Shown one piece after another: positions 46,894-57,355 of a stretch of DNA of 64,000 nucleotides. Position 1 is the stretch's first letter, and each line of letters begins with the position of its first letter. Below the pieces are notes generated by a model. That model was given only the letters and a program-made list of their open reading frames with translations. It ran no database searches and had not been told where the DNA came from. The stretch is from a virus. The position numbers and the translations under genes were made by a program. The DNA lies in IMG/VR virus record IMGVR_UViG_3300021185_003122, positions 1-64,000 of that record. One strand, given 5' to 3'.

Positions 46894-48002
46894 TAACCTT
46901 CATATTTGTTTACTACGTCAACAATCTTATTTCTATCTTCTTCTGTTACCCACCATCCACAAGGAATGTTAATCATCTTTCTACTAAACTCATCTAATCC
47001 TGGTTGAGGTCTTCTATAGTTCTTAAAGACAGAGTACTCATCATTTCTAACATGTGCAACGTCTGATGCTATATCATTAGCTTTAAGATAATCTTGAAAC
47101 TTTCTTTTATCTTCTACTAAAATAGAATAAAGCCAGTAACTAGATGTTCCATTAGATACTCTTCTAGGAATAACAACGTTAGGGTTAGAAATATTTTCAT
47201 CATAGAACTTACCATTGTTAACATGTCCATCAATAACATTATCAATGTACTTTAAATTCTCTATTCCAATAGCTGCATTGACATTATTCATATGAAACTT
47301 ATAACCAGATTCAGTTATATCTTGTTCCCATCTAGATGCTGGTGCTTCACCAGGAGGTGATTTGTAATGTCTATCTAATCCAAACCATCTTAATTTTCTA
47401 GCTCTTTCAGCATCTGCTTCTGACTTACATGCAATTGCTCCTCCATCTACACATGTAAGATGTTTGACTGCTTGAAAAGAAAAGCATACATAATCACTAT
47501 GACTACCAATTCTTATATCTTTGTAAGTAGACCTTAATGCATGAGCTGCATCTTCAATAGTTTTGATACCATTAGCTTGAGCAAGATTATTTATTTCATC
47601 TAACTCACATGGCTGACCTGCCCAATGGACCATCATGATTGCTTTAGTATTGTCATCTATCAACTCTTTGATAGAATTAACATCTATGTTTCCAGTATCA
47701 GGCTCTACATCAGCAAATCTAATCTCTACTCCCATATTATGAAATGGTTCATTAGTTGCCATACAAGTCATAGCTGTTGATATAACATTATCGCCTGGTT
47801 TAAAGTCACACATATGAGCTGCAAGAGTAAGAGCTGATGTTCCGCTATTAACTAATCTTACGTTAGGGTTACCAATATACTCTCCAAATTGTTTTTCAAA
47901 TTCATCAGAGTATTCTCCTTCGGTTAAGAAACCTGTGTCAAATACTTTCTGTACTACCTCCCCTATATTAGGAGGAGTATGTACTTTCATTAGTGGTATC
48001 AT
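46893..48002 (-). CDS. DegT/DnrJ/EryC1/StrS aminotransferase
   Basis: NSGTSAL, IEDAAHA, FSFQAVKHLTCVDGG. Confidence 0.95.
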   Translation of the reverse strand: MIPLMKVHTPPNIGEVVQKVFDTGFLTEGEYSDEFEKQFGEYIGNPNVRLVNSGTSALTLAAHMCDFKPGDNVISTAMTCMATNEPFHNMGVEIRFADVEPDTGNIDVNSIKELIDDNTKAIMMVHWAGQPCELDEINNLAQANGIKTIEDAAHALRSTYKDIRIGSHSDYVCFSFQAVKHLTCVDGGAIACKSEADAERARKLRWFGLDRHYKSPPGEAPASRWEQDITESGYKFHMNNVNAAIGIENLKYIDNVIDGHVNNGKFYDENISNPNVVIPRRVSNGTSSYWLYSILVEDKRKFQDYLKANDIASDVAHVRNDEYSVFKNYRRPQPGLDEFSRKMINIPCGWWVTEEDRNKIVDVVNKYEG

Positions 48003-48997
48003 TAATATTCGTATTTAGAGTTAACATTTAAAAAGTATTCTAACATTCTAATAATTCCAGTCTTAAAGTCAACTGTTGGAATTATATTTGTTTGAGCTAC
48101 TACTTTATCTATATTAGGACATCTTCTTAATGGTTCATCAGAAGGATAGTCATCAGGGTACGAAATAAGATCATAGTTAGGTTCTACACCTAATGATTCG
48201 TAAAACTTATCAGCTAACTCAATCATATTTAATTCAGGAGATGGATTCCCTACATTATAAATCTCACCATCTTTACCAGATAGAAGCAACTGAGTAATCA
48301 TCGCTATACCATCACCAGCATAACAGAATGTTCTAGTCTGTTTACCATCTCCGTATATTTTAATTTTTTCTTGACGTAAATGAGCTCTCATCCAATTTGA
48401 TAAAACTCTATTGTCATTGATTCCCATATAGGTTCCATAGAAGTTAAATGGTCTTACTACCTTTACCGGTACATTATATTCGTTGTAATAAATGTTACAT
48501 AATGTCTCTAGTACTTGTTTTCCTATATCATAACAACTTCTATTACTCATTGTAGGAATAGCTCCTATGTAAGTCTCTTTAGTAGGAATAGCTCTAGGGT
48601 CTGGAGTACCATAAACCTCACTAGAACTAAACATAATAACTGATTCAACGTTTTTCTCTCTAACATAATCAAGTACGTTACGAGTACCTATGTACGATAT
48701 ATCCATCGTAAGTACAGGCTGCTTCATATACTTCTCAGGGCTAGCTATACCTGCACAGTTAATAACATAATCATATCTAGGAAGACTCATCAAAGCCTCT
48801 TTATTATTTATGTCATGTTCTGGATTAATTGAAGGATCGAAAGCTAAGTACTCTACTTTCAAATGTTCGAATAAGTCTACAAACCAATTTCCTAAGAAAC
48901 CATTTGAACCTATTAGTAAAACTGTTTTATTTTTAAATTGATCTACATCTACTCTTGAAGTAATACTATTTAGATCTTGTTCATTTACGTAATTCAT
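48002..48997 (-). CDS. NAD-dependent epimerase, UDP-glucuronate decarboxylase-like
   Basis: GSNGFLG, SSSEVYG, RSCYDIGK, GDGKQTRTFCY, RRCPNI. Confidence 0.85.
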   Translation of the reverse strand: MNYVNEQDLNSITSRVDVDQFKNKTVLLIGSNGFLGNWFVDLFEHLKVEYLAFDPSINPEHDINNKEALMSLPRYDYVINCAGIASPEKYMKQPVLTMDISYIGTRNVLDYVREKNVESVIMFSSSEVYGTPDPRAIPTKETYIGAIPTMSNRSCYDIGKQVLETLCNIYYNEYNVPVKVVRPFNFYGTYMGINDNRVLSNWMRAHLRQEKIKIYGDGKQTRTFCYAGDGIAMITQLLLSGKDGEIYNVGNPSPELNMIELADKFYESLGVEPNYDLISYPDDYPSDEPLRRCPNIDKVVAQTNIIPTVDFKTGIIRMLEYFLNVNSKYEY

Positions 48998-49436
48998 AAT
49001 CTAGTTGCATTATTATACTATTGCCGTTATCTGTAATATAGGAACTATTTAGAATAAATCCTAATTTTTTATATAGAGAGTATGCAATTAAATTATGCTC
49101 CATAACCTCTAATTTAAATACTTTTATACCGTACTCTTCATTTAAGTACTTCATAAACTCTTCATAAGCAGGAACAGATAGTTTTTTACCTCTATAGTCT
49201 TTATGTATATCTAATCCTATATAACAAGAGTCCTCTGTCCAGTTAGAAGTTCTAAAATAACCTATCGGTTTATTTTCTAGTTGATATATAAAAAAGGGAT
49301 TGTTATTATTCTCAAACCATTTATAACTTTCCTGCAGAGTATATGTCTGAGGGTTATGTAACATTTGATGACATTCATTCCTTACTGTGTTGAAGAATGG
49401 AATATCTGTAACAGTTAACTTTCTTATATTATTCAC
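48981..49436 (-). CDS. GNAT acetyltransferase (PseH-like)
   Basis: DIHKDYRGK...LEVMEHN.IAYSLYKKLGF. Confidence 0.85.
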   Translation of the reverse strand: MNNIRKLTVTDIPFFNTVRNECHQMLHNPQTYTLQESYKWFENNNNPFFIYQLENKPIGYFRTSNWTEDSCYIGLDIHKDYRGKKLSVPAYEEFMKYLNEEYGIKVFKLEVMEHNLIAYSLYKKLGFILNSSYITDNGNSIIMQLDYELRK

Positions 49437-50244
49437 TTACCGCTCTACTACCAATTTCGTTCCAATCAGCTTCAGGTCTAACCTCTAAATTAGTCTTCCA
49501 TGCTGCTTTTAATACATGCATGTCTACATTTTGCTTATCTGCTAATGACATAAAAGCATTGATATCTTTTGGAAAACAAGCACCACCAAATCCCATCTTG
49601 CCGTCTGGTCCTGGTACTTGCATATGGCTATCGCCTACTCTACCATCTGCTGCAAACCCATGCATGGCCGTTCTCCAATCGATGCCCATAGTATCTGCTA
49701 ACCTCTTATACTCATTAAGCAGCGATACTTTCGTGGCAAAGAAACAGTTGTTCATGTACTTAATGAACTCTGCTGTGGTAGAATCTGTATGAATAAAATG
49801 TCTATTCATAAATCTACCCTCATATAATTTTTGTACTTTATCAGTTAATTCTTTATCACCACCAAATATAATTCTTGCCTGCATCATCATATCTAACTTA
49901 GCTATTCTCTCAGTAAGGAACTCAGGACTAAATACTATATTTAGTTCTGGATATTTCTCTTGTAGAGACGCTGTAGTACCTGGTAGTACCGTTGATTTAA
50001 TAATGTATATAGGGCCTTTCCTTGCATGTGTAAAGACTGAGTCTATATATTTTGTATCCTGTGTACCGTCCTTAAACATAGGAGTAGGCACTGCTACAAA
50101 TATAAAGTCTGCTGTATGTACTTCTTCTAAAGTGTTGAATGATCTCTTAGGATCTGTGTCGTAAATTAAAACTTTGTTTGATAAAGAGAATGCAAATGCT
50201 TGTGCTTCTCCAACAAAACCATTACCAATAATACCTACTTTCAT
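49429..50244 (-). CDS. ugd: UDP-glucose/GDP-mannose dehydrogenase family (short form)
   Basis: GNGFVG, VPTP, KSTV.PG, PEFL, AEFIKYMNN, GFGGACFPKD. Confidence 0.85.
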   Translation of the reverse strand: MKVGIIGNGFVGEAQAFAFSLSNKVLIYDTDPKRSFNTLEEVHTADFIFVAVPTPMFKDGTQDTKYIDSVFTHARKGPIYIIKSTVLPGTTASLQEKYPELNIVFSPEFLTERIAKLDMMMQARIIFGGDKELTDKVQKLYEGRFMNRHFIHTDSTTAEFIKYMNNCFFATKVSLLNEYKRLADTMGIDWRTAMHGFAADGRVGDSHMQVPGPDGKMGFGGACFPKDINAFMSLADKQNVDMHVLKAAWKTNLEVRPEADWNEIGSRAVSE

Positions 50245-50771
50245 TAAAACATATCTGATTTAGTTCGTGTAACTTTCTTCTTTTCTACTTTAGTAAAGAA
50301 GGTTCTTCTTATAATATAAGAAATATTTTCTAATTTAAATACAGATGCATCAGTTTTAATTTGATTTATATACTGATCAATTGCATCGTTGTAATCTCTA
50401 ATTATAATAACTCCACCTTTAGACATTCTAGGTAATAATGTCTTTACACCTTCATAGTTATTATCTCCCAAATCTAACTGGGCTAATCCTATTGCTGGTA
50501 ATGATAGAGGAGAGCTTCCTAATCGGTGTTTGATATAATCTCCTTTCTTATCTAATCTATTTATAGACTCATTACATAAATCTTGAGCTTTCTGCCATAT
50601 ACCTTGATTGCCTCCTTCAAAAAGATCTACATAGATACTATCTCTTCTTTTAATTTCTTCAGATAACATTAGTTTGAATATCTCCCTAGCATCTCTACCA
50701 GTTCCAAATCCTAGGTCAACAAATATTCCATCAATGTTATCAGCCAGTTGGGCAATCTCTACTAGTTTCAT
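50244..50771 (-). CDS. SAM-dependent methyltransferase-like (TylF/MycF-like)
   Basis: DGIFVDLGFGTG, DLFEG, LDL...Y...L.PRM.KGGVII.DY. Confidence 0.55.
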   Translation of the reverse strand: MKLVEIAQLADNIDGIFVDLGFGTGRDAREIFKLMLSEEIKRRDSIYVDLFEGGNQGIWQKAQDLCNESINRLDKKGDYIKHRLGSSPLSLPAIGLAQLDLGDNNYEGVKTLLPRMSKGGVIIIRDYNDAIDQYINQIKTDASVFKLENISYIIRRTFFTKVEKKKVTRTKSDMF

Positions 50772-50783
50772 GTATATAAATAG

Positions 50784-51413
50784 TTACGTTAAAGTATCGT
50801 AATAAGCATTTTGTTTCTCCTGTTTATCTATTTCTTTTGGATGGTAAAGAGATAGTTCTTCTTTAGCAGGTAATGGTGCATAAGTCTTAAAGCCGTCTAA
50901 TACTTCATGGACTTTATTCTTCCATCTAATCTCTGGTTTGTTTTTCCAAATACGCCATTGATAGTCTGGATAGTTAACCCATCCTTTATCATCTACTTTC
51001 CAACCCCATTTAGTTATATGCTCTTCAGTTAAACCTTCTACTGTATTAACTCTAGGAATTAAATAAACATCATTGTCAGGATTAGATTCTAGTATTATAG
51101 GTAGAGCTGTAAGAAGAGATTTATGAGGAAATTCATCTGCATCTATTTGAAAGATATAATCACCATTGCAGTAATCAGTAAGCTGATTTTTCCAGTTAGC
51201 AAAATGACCATTGAAGTCTAAGCCTCTCCAAAACTGTATGTTTGGGTACTTATTTTGTTTCGTAAGCCAGGCAGCTATTTCTTCACTACCGTTTTTTTGA
51301 TCATACAAGATAACTATTTCATCCTGCTGTCTTTTGTTCTTTCTTAAAAGTTCAACAAGCTTCTGAATTTCTACGAATTCATTACATACTGTTATTGCAT
51401 AACTAATTACCAT
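50784..51413 (-). CDS. Glycosyltransferase family 2
   Basis: ISYAITVCNE, DYIFQIDADE, YPDYQWRI, VHE. Confidence 0.9.
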   Translation of the reverse strand: MVISYAITVCNEFVEIQKLVELLRKNKRQQDEIVILYDQKNGSEEIAAWLTKQNKYPNIQFWRGLDFNGHFANWKNQLTDYCNGDYIFQIDADEFPHKSLLTALPIILESNPDNDVYLIPRVNTVEGLTEEHITKWGWKVDDKGWVNYPDYQWRIWKNKPEIRWKNKVHEVLDGFKTYAPLPAKEELSLYHPKEIDKQEKQNAYYDTLT

Positions 51414-51864
51414 AGAAATCTATAACCTCTAATGCATCCATAAAGTCTTTTGGAGCAAACTTCTTAGCTTGCTTAACATCCATTTTAAATGTTTGACCCT
51501 CTGGGAATTTACCTGATTTAATTTCTTCTTCAGTTAACGGAATAGCTTTAACTGCAGACCATTGCCAGTCTTTAGTAGATGTTCCATCAACAAACACCAT
51601 TCCTTTTTCTGGAAGAGTGATAGTAGCAGGAAACCATATTCTGCCTTCCTTATCTTTATGCATTAAGTCTTTATATAGTTCAGGAGATGTTTCTAATAAG
51701 TCTTGTACTGGTTTAGAACCTTCTGTCATAAGTGTAGAAGTTGTATAACCACTACCAAAACATAACCATGTTTTTATCTCTTGATTGTCTTGATTGAAGG
51801 TCTGTTCATAACAAGCATTGCTACCGAAAGGACCTTCTACTAATTGATCTTTTTCTAATTTCAT
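51403..51864 (-). CDS. Hypothetical protein
   Basis: ORF inside glyco island. Confidence 0.55.
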   Translation of the reverse strand: MKLEKDQLVEGPFGSNACYEQTFNQDNQEIKTWLCFGSGYTTSTLMTEGSKPVQDLLETSPELYKDLMHKDKEGRIWFPATITLPEKGMVFVDGTSTKDWQWSAVKAIPLTEEEIKSGKFPEGQTFKMDVKQAKKFAPKDFMDALEVIDFYGN

Positions 51865-53132
51865 ACCTTTGTAAGTTTAGGAAGTTCTAGTTCAGGCATT
51901 TTTAATTCTACCTTAACTGCAAATTCTGGTACGTACTTATCATTGTAACCTTTAAGTATCTCTACCATTTTTTCAAACGAAAAGTTTTTCTTATTTACGT
52001 TCTTTAATTGTTTAGCAGGTCTAACATAATCTTTATACTTCTTAAATACTTCTGTTAGTGCTTTACCAACTTGAGCATCGTCAGGAGTAAACCATTTAGA
52101 CTGTTCAAGTATCATATCTTTTACTGCTGCTGATTTATCTACATTAGTTAACGAACCTCCTATTAGTACTGCTTTGTCTTTATCTAAAAAGTCTACCTGA
52201 CCAGACCATGCTGATGCTATAATAGGTTTACCTGTTAAGCTAAACTCTAGTAACGGTCTACCAAATCCTTCTCCTTTTGTAAAGCTAATCATAGCTTTTA
52301 CTTTAGGATTATTGTATAACTGATTAATTTGTTCGTCAGTTAATTCTCCTGTTACTAGGTAGATGTTAGGTAACTTACCTTTAACTGTCTTTCTAATGCC
52401 ATCTATCTTATCTAGTATGCGTTCCTTATCTAATAAAGATGAACCTACCTGTTGTGTTTTAAGAATAAGTCCAGGAGCCTTTTGTTTGTTCTTAAACGTT
52501 TCTAGGAATGCCTTTATCATATAGCCTACATTCTTTCTATCCTGTCCCATATTACCTTGCATCCAGTGTCCAACAAATAGATAATTAAAGCTTTCTTCTA
52601 CTGATGATAAATCAAATGCAGTTGTAGATTCAGCAAAGTATTTAGTTAAATCTGCTCCTTCTAATAGTATTTCTATTGGCTTATCTAACGTTATAGTCTT
52701 TACTACCTTATCAGAGTTATTTTCTTTCATTTCATATCGTGTACCTTTAAACACATCTAATGAATGTTTAGAAGAGGTTAGAATAAGATCCATTCTATTA
52801 CAACCTTCCAACCAAGTCTGGTGTACTAATGTTGATTCCATTCCAGCTGTAACACCTATGTTATAATTACCAACGGCTTGGAATTCATTAGGTACAGTAA
52901 TCTGTATCCACAAATCAGGCTTCTTTGGTAGTTGAGGTATAATTGTGCTTGATAGTAAATCCTCTTTATGGTCAGCTAAATAACCAAATCTAGTATTACC
53001 CCATCTCTGTGATAAAGTCTTTACTTCGTATTTATCTAATGCTATGAGAGCTTTAACGAAATCTCTTGCTCTTGCTCCATAACCGGAATATGTATCTAAA
53101 GGGCAGCTTACAACTGCTAATGGTTTGTTCAT
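51861..53132 (-). CDS. Glycosyltransferase family 4 (GT-B)
   Basis: SGYG, DRKN, KGEGFGRPLLEF...PII...WSG..DF. Confidence 0.9.
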   Translation of the reverse strand: MNKPLAVVSCPLDTYSGYGARARDFVKALIALDKYEVKTLSQRWGNTRFGYLADHKEDLLSSTIIPQLPKKPDLWIQITVPNEFQAVGNYNIGVTAGMESTLVHQTWLEGCNRMDLILTSSKHSLDVFKGTRYEMKENNSDKVVKTITLDKPIEILLEGADLTKYFAESTTAFDLSSVEESFNYLFVGHWMQGNMGQDRKNVGYMIKAFLETFKNKQKAPGLILKTQQVGSSLLDKERILDKIDGIRKTVKGKLPNIYLVTGELTDEQINQLYNNPKVKAMISFTKGEGFGRPLLEFSLTGKPIIASAWSGQVDFLDKDKAVLIGGSLTNVDKSAAVKDMILEQSKWFTPDDAQVGKALTEVFKKYKDYVRPAKQLKNVNKKNFSFEKMVEILKGYNDKYVPEFAVKVELKMPELELPKLTKV

Positions 53133-53133
53133 T

Positions 53134-54576
53134 TTAATAACCTATTAATTTATGTTTAACTCGTTTTGAAGGTCTAGGTCCTATCTTTTCTATTTCATAG
53201 ATTGGTCTTGGAACAAAGTTATCAAAACCTTTCTCAACAGACTCTATAATCCTTTTACACATGTAGGGTGAAGACATATTAGATTCGTCTGAAAGAACCC
53301 ATTCATGTCCTTTACTACCTCTTCTGTCTCTTTCTTCTGGACCTAAATCATATATAGTTTTTATAGCATCAGCTACATCTTCAGGTTTACATCTATCGTC
53401 AAATATGTATGGAGTTAATGGTGAACCCATCATTGACATATTAGATGGAAATACTGGTACTGCCCACTCACCATGCTCTTTATATGTACCCCTATGGTTA
53501 GATGGTATATCAGCTGAAGGTGTAAACCATTCGCCGTTATCATCTAAGAATTTAACCTGATCTTGCATACCTCCTGTTACGTTAGGTATAATCATAGTAC
53601 CAGTCATCATAGCTTCTGTTAGCGAAAGTCCCCATCCTTCATTAGACGACATAAGAACATTTACATCTGCTATGTTATATAGTAAGTTCATTTGCTCTGG
53701 TGAAAGCTTTTCAGTATTAAAGAATACATTTACATATTCAGGATCACAGAATGTATCTTTTATAGCTTTCAAATCAGTTCCGTGTTGAGATGATATCTCA
53801 GTTTTCATAACTAAAGCACACTTCTTTGCTTTTTCTTTACCTATCATCTCACAGAATTGAGTATAAGCTAATACAACGTCTCCAGGATGTTTACGTTGGA
53901 TGTTTCTTGAGTTAAAGAATACTACATACTCTATATCTCTTCCGTTAAACATACTCTTTTTAAACTCTTGAAGTTTCTCAAAGTGAGGGTTATCTTTTTT
54001 AATTGGAAAGAAGTACTTAGGGTTTATACCATGAGGAACATATTCTAATACTTTATTCTTTGCATCATCACCTAATACTAATTCATTAATTAGTTTAGTC
54101 TGTTTAGAGATAGCCATTAAAGTATCTACTGAGTTATAATAATGTTTGTTGTACATAGGAGCAGGAAACTCATCCCATATGTTTAACCACATGATTGGAA
54201 TTTTGCTTCTTATCTCTCTTTCTATATCAAATAACCAAATCCAATATCTAGGATCAGTAAAAATAAAAATAGCATCAGGTTTCTGCTGCTTTATCAACGT
54301 TCTAATAGCTGTAGCATCTCCATATCCATTGCTTGGCATGACCATAACACTAGCGTCTGGAGTACCAATAGTTTTATCTACATCAGCAGATATGTCAAAT
54401 ACTTTTCCTACTTCAGGATGCTTCAATGCTGCTCCTAAATTAAACCAATTGAACCTATGAGAGGTTCCTACAACTATTTCTCTAGCCATAGTTGCTACTC
54501 CGGAATGCATTCGTATATCATCACAGAGAAGTAATATTTTTTTCCTTTCTGCTTTTGGAATATAACCTTCTATCAT
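53134..54576 (-). CDS. Glycosyltransferase family 4 (GT-B)
   Basis: SGVAT, VPHG, RNIQRK, NEGWGLSLTEAM. Confidence 0.9.
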   Translation of the reverse strand: MIEGYIPKAERKKILLLCDDIRMHSGVATMAREIVVGTSHRFNWFNLGAALKHPEVGKVFDISADVDKTIGTPDASVMVMPSNGYGDATAIRTLIKQQKPDAIFIFTDPRYWIWLFDIEREIRSKIPIMWLNIWDEFPAPMYNKHYYNSVDTLMAISKQTKLINELVLGDDAKNKVLEYVPHGINPKYFFPIKKDNPHFEKLQEFKKSMFNGRDIEYVVFFNSRNIQRKHPGDVVLAYTQFCEMIGKEKAKKCALVMKTEISSQHGTDLKAIKDTFCDPEYVNVFFNTEKLSPEQMNLLYNIADVNVLMSSNEGWGLSLTEAMMTGTMIIPNVTGGMQDQVKFLDDNGEWFTPSADIPSNHRGTYKEHGEWAVPVFPSNMSMMGSPLTPYIFDDRCKPEDVADAIKTIYDLGPEERDRRGSKGHEWVLSDESNMSSPYMCKRIIESVEKGFDNFVPRPIYEIEKIGPRPSKRVKHKLIGY

Positions 54577-54761
54577 TATTTTAATTTAACGTTGTTAATT
54601 TTGTGTACTAATTCTTTAAAGTCCTTATCAGTAAGATACAAATAAATTGCACGATCTGCAAGCTTTTTAAAAGAAAAATTATCTTCCAAGCAGGCCATTT
54701 TAAATTTGTCGAAAAGGGGTTGTGTAATTTTTACCGAGGTTAGTTTCTCTTCTTTTGTCAT
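54576..54761 (-). CDS. Small ribbon-helix-helix-like DNA-binding protein
   Basis: LTSVKI...FDKFK..C.....SFKKLADRAI.LYL. Confidence 0.5.
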   Translation of the reverse strand: MTKEEKLTSVKITQPLFDKFKMACLEDNFSFKKLADRAIYLYLTDKDFKELVHKINNVKLK

Positions 54762-54800
54762 AACTTATAATTAATATATCTATATATAAATATATATGTT

Positions 54801-55712
54801 TTACAAAAACGGCTGACAATGTTCACATTTTCCGAAAGGGTTAGTACATTTATAGTCTTTATCAATGTATGCACCATTCTCATCTAAAACCTCTGATATC
54901 ATTTTATTCATCGAATCAATAACCTGTTTAGTCTTTCTAGGTCCTGATGATGGACTAAACTGTTGAACTCTTTTCTGCATAGAGGCAAACTCAGCATCCT
55001 TAGGTACTCTTCTCTTTACTATAAAGAACTCTACATCTATCTTATCTTTATCTATATCAAATTGCTTTGCAAAGAACTCTCTATATAGTATAACCTGAGC
55101 AGTTAAGTTAGGATTTTTCTTCTGGTTATCTCTCCATCCTGAAGTAGAAGTTTTAATATCCATCACAGTCCATCTATCACTATTAGGATGGTAGAATACT
55201 AAATCAACTAGTCCTTTAAACATAACGCCAGGTCGTAACTCTTGGTATAAGAGCGTCTCTATACCTGCCAATTGCATGGTCTTAGTACTAAAGTACCCTC
55301 CTCTTTTCTTAGTTAAAAAGTCTAAAATGTGTTTACCATCTAACCAAAATTGAGTTAGCTCTTCTTGAGTAGAAAAATGTTCATAGTTCATTTGAGCCTT
55401 TCCTTGCTTATAAGCTTTCACCATATTATCATAGAGTAGTTGATGTAGGTTCATTTCATTAGCAGCTTTTACCTTATCATGATACATAACCTCAAGCCAT
55501 GATTGCATAGTCTCGTGCATAGCAGTACCAAAGCAAGTATAGATATTCTGAGTAAAAGGTACAGCGTTACGCATATACTGGAGTTCCCATAGCTTAGGAC
55601 ATTTATTATATGTACTTATTGAACTATACGATATGTGTTTATTTTTAGAAGGTGATTGTTTAATTTTAGACTCCCATACCTTCTTAACTATGCCTTTTAG
55701 CTTCTTCGCCAT
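54801..55712 (-). CDS. PD-(D/E)XK exonuclease (RecB/Cas4-like)
   Basis: SYSSISTYNKCP, FGTAMH, KGLVDLV, MDIKTS, Q..LY, C-terminal C..C. Confidence 0.85.
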   Translation of the reverse strand: MAKKLKGIVKKVWESKIKQSPSKNKHISYSSISTYNKCPKLWELQYMRNAVPFTQNIYTCFGTAMHETMQSWLEVMYHDKVKAANEMNLHQLLYDNMVKAYKQGKAQMNYEHFSTQEELTQFWLDGKHILDFLTKKRGGYFSTKTMQLAGIETLLYQELRPGVMFKGLVDLVFYHPNSDRWTVMDIKTSTSGWRDNQKKNPNLTAQVILYREFFAKQFDIDKDKIDVEFFIVKRRVPKDAEFASMQKRVQQFSPSSGPRKTKQVIDSMNKMISEVLDENGAYIDKDYKCTNPFGKCEHCQPFL

Positions 55713-55845
55713 AATTTCTTTTTAAATCTTTTTTTGCTCTTTCATAATCGAAAGTTTTACCTAAGTAAGGATAAAAGTGTTTTTCTTCCCAGTGCATTCG
55801 ATAATCATAACCGTTTTCAAACTCCTCACTGCATTGACTGCACAT
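55684..55845 (-). CDS. Small C2H2-type zinc-finger protein (53 aa)
   Basis: Not in ORF track: MCSQCSEEFENGYDYRMHWEEKH... Confidence 0.5.
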   Translation of the reverse strand: MCSQCSEEFENGYDYRMHWEEKHFYPYLGKTFDYERAKKDLKRNYGEEAKRHS

Positions 55846-55864
55846 GATGATTTTCTTCCCCACA

Positions 55865-56236
55865 TTACTTATCTTTCCACTTACCTTTAAATACTATTTG
55901 ACTGATAATACCATAATTGGTAATGTCTTGAAAAGTATCTATAAGAGTTTCGTTTTGAGCCTTACGACCAGTTAGTATCATATTCTTCCATCTATTGATC
56001 TTATCTGATAGTCTATACCATAAGCCGGTCATAGCAAAATCAGTCTCTTCTTGATTGACTAACTGCGTACCAGCTGATACATTGCCCATACCGTAATCGA
56101 GATGCTTTTTAGCAAACAGTTCAAACTGTTCGTCTGCTATCTCTTTGTAAGCGTTGTAAATTGTTGGATATTCTCTCTCTAGAATTTCTCTTGCCGAAGG
56201 AGGATTCTTGGCATTCATGATTTCTCTATCGCTCAT
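55865..56236 (-). CDS. Nucleotide-modification-associated domain 1 (Nmad1/DUF1599) protein
   Basis: FAKKHLDYG...RLSDKINR...ETLIDTFQDITNYGII; class I-like promoter at ~56253-56285. Confidence 0.8.
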   Translation of the reverse strand: MSDREIMNAKNPPSAREILEREYPTIYNAYKEIADEQFELFAKKHLDYGMGNVSAGTQLVNQEETDFAMTGLWYRLSDKINRWKNMILTGRKAQNETLIDTFQDITNYGIISQIVFKGKWKDK

Positions 56237-56281
56237 AGCATAACTTATTTATATAAAGATACGAAAAATATTCTAAATAAC

Positions 56282-57355
56282 CTAGAGATAAGTTATTTTA
56301 TTTTCGTCTTCTTTATCTATCCACCCTTCAGAACCATCTTCAAATTCTACTCTTCTTCTTGAAGGAGTTTTTTGTAGTATTCTTTTTACTTTTTTTTCTT
56401 CTTCTTCATCAACTACCTTCCAATCTTCTGGAGCTTCTACTATACTATAGTCAACGTCCATATCTCTTACGTCAGTTTCTTCTTCATCAATATCGTCCCA
56501 CAAGTCCTCTGGTACTTCATCTTCATATTCATTATAAAGATTCTTTCTATTAGCTTGATCAAATGCAAAGTTAGCTGCTACTACTAATGATATTGCAAGA
56601 GGATCAAATACAAATATGATTACTAATAAAAGAATATTAATAATCTTATCCATAGGAGTGCCTGTTAGACCAGAAAGATACTCTAATGGACCTAACTCAC
56701 CTGCTACGTCTGTATTGTTTTCTAAATCTAATATAGCTAGTTGATATTTCTGTAAGCTATCTGCTACTTGTTCTCTTTTCGCTTGTATAGCCGCTCTATT
56801 TTCTTCTTCAACATTAATACGACTTTGGGATAATCTAAGTTCGGCAGTACTAACTGTTGATCGAAAGCCTGTAGATGATGTCGTGTCTCGTACTTGAATC
56901 GAGGTCGCTTTCGCATTAGATAAAGTAGAAATGTTATTAGAGATTCTTTCGAGTTCCTCATCATACCTTGCCACATCCTTTCCATAAAAATCTGTCTTTT
57001 GTTCTAGAAATGCTACTTGATTATTCTTAACTGTTAACTGTCTGTAAGTATCTTGATATGCTGCACTTAAAAAGCCGTATATACCCATACTAGTAATCAA
57101 TACCAATACTACCGCAGCAATAGAGAGATACGTTCTAAGAAGCTTATTGATAGTGTCCCAATACTGATATAAGAGAGAAGCTATGACAAGTTTAGCTACT
57201 TCTAATGAACCAGCCATTATAATAACTTCAAATGTAGCTCCAGCAAATAGTTTAGATAATCCACTAACAGAATAGAAAGCAGCAGATGCACTAACAGATA
57301 ATGCTGAGAGTGCTATAATAGAAGGGAATATGTTTCTTTTTATTCTATTGATCAT
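56282..57355 (-). CDS. Multi-TM membrane protein with periplasmic coiled coil
   Basis: Three N-terminal TMs, coiled coil, IIFVFDPLAI TM, acidic tail. Confidence 0.65.
   Translation of the reverse strand: MINRIKRNIFPSIIALSALSVSASAAFYSVSGLSKLFAGATFEVIIMAGSLEVAKLVIASLLYQYWDTINKLLRTYLSIAAVVLVLITSMGIYGFLSAAYQDTYRQLTVKNNQVAFLEQKTDFYGKDVARYDEELERISNNISTLSNAKATSIQVRDTTSSTGFRSTVSTAELRLSQSRINVEEENRAAIQAKREQVADSLQKYQLAILDLENNTDVAGELGPLEYLSGLTGTPMDKIINILLLVIIFVFDPLAISLVVAANFAFDQANRKNLYNEYEDEVPEDLWDDIDEEETDVRDMDVDYSIVEAPEDWKVVDEEEEKKVKRILQKTPSRRRVEFEDGSEGWIDKEDENKITYL

Noticed and set aside
54801-55712. Cas4 / CRISPR adaptation gene
   Set aside because: A stand-alone PD-(D/E)XK exonuclease is common in phages; no array or other cas genes.
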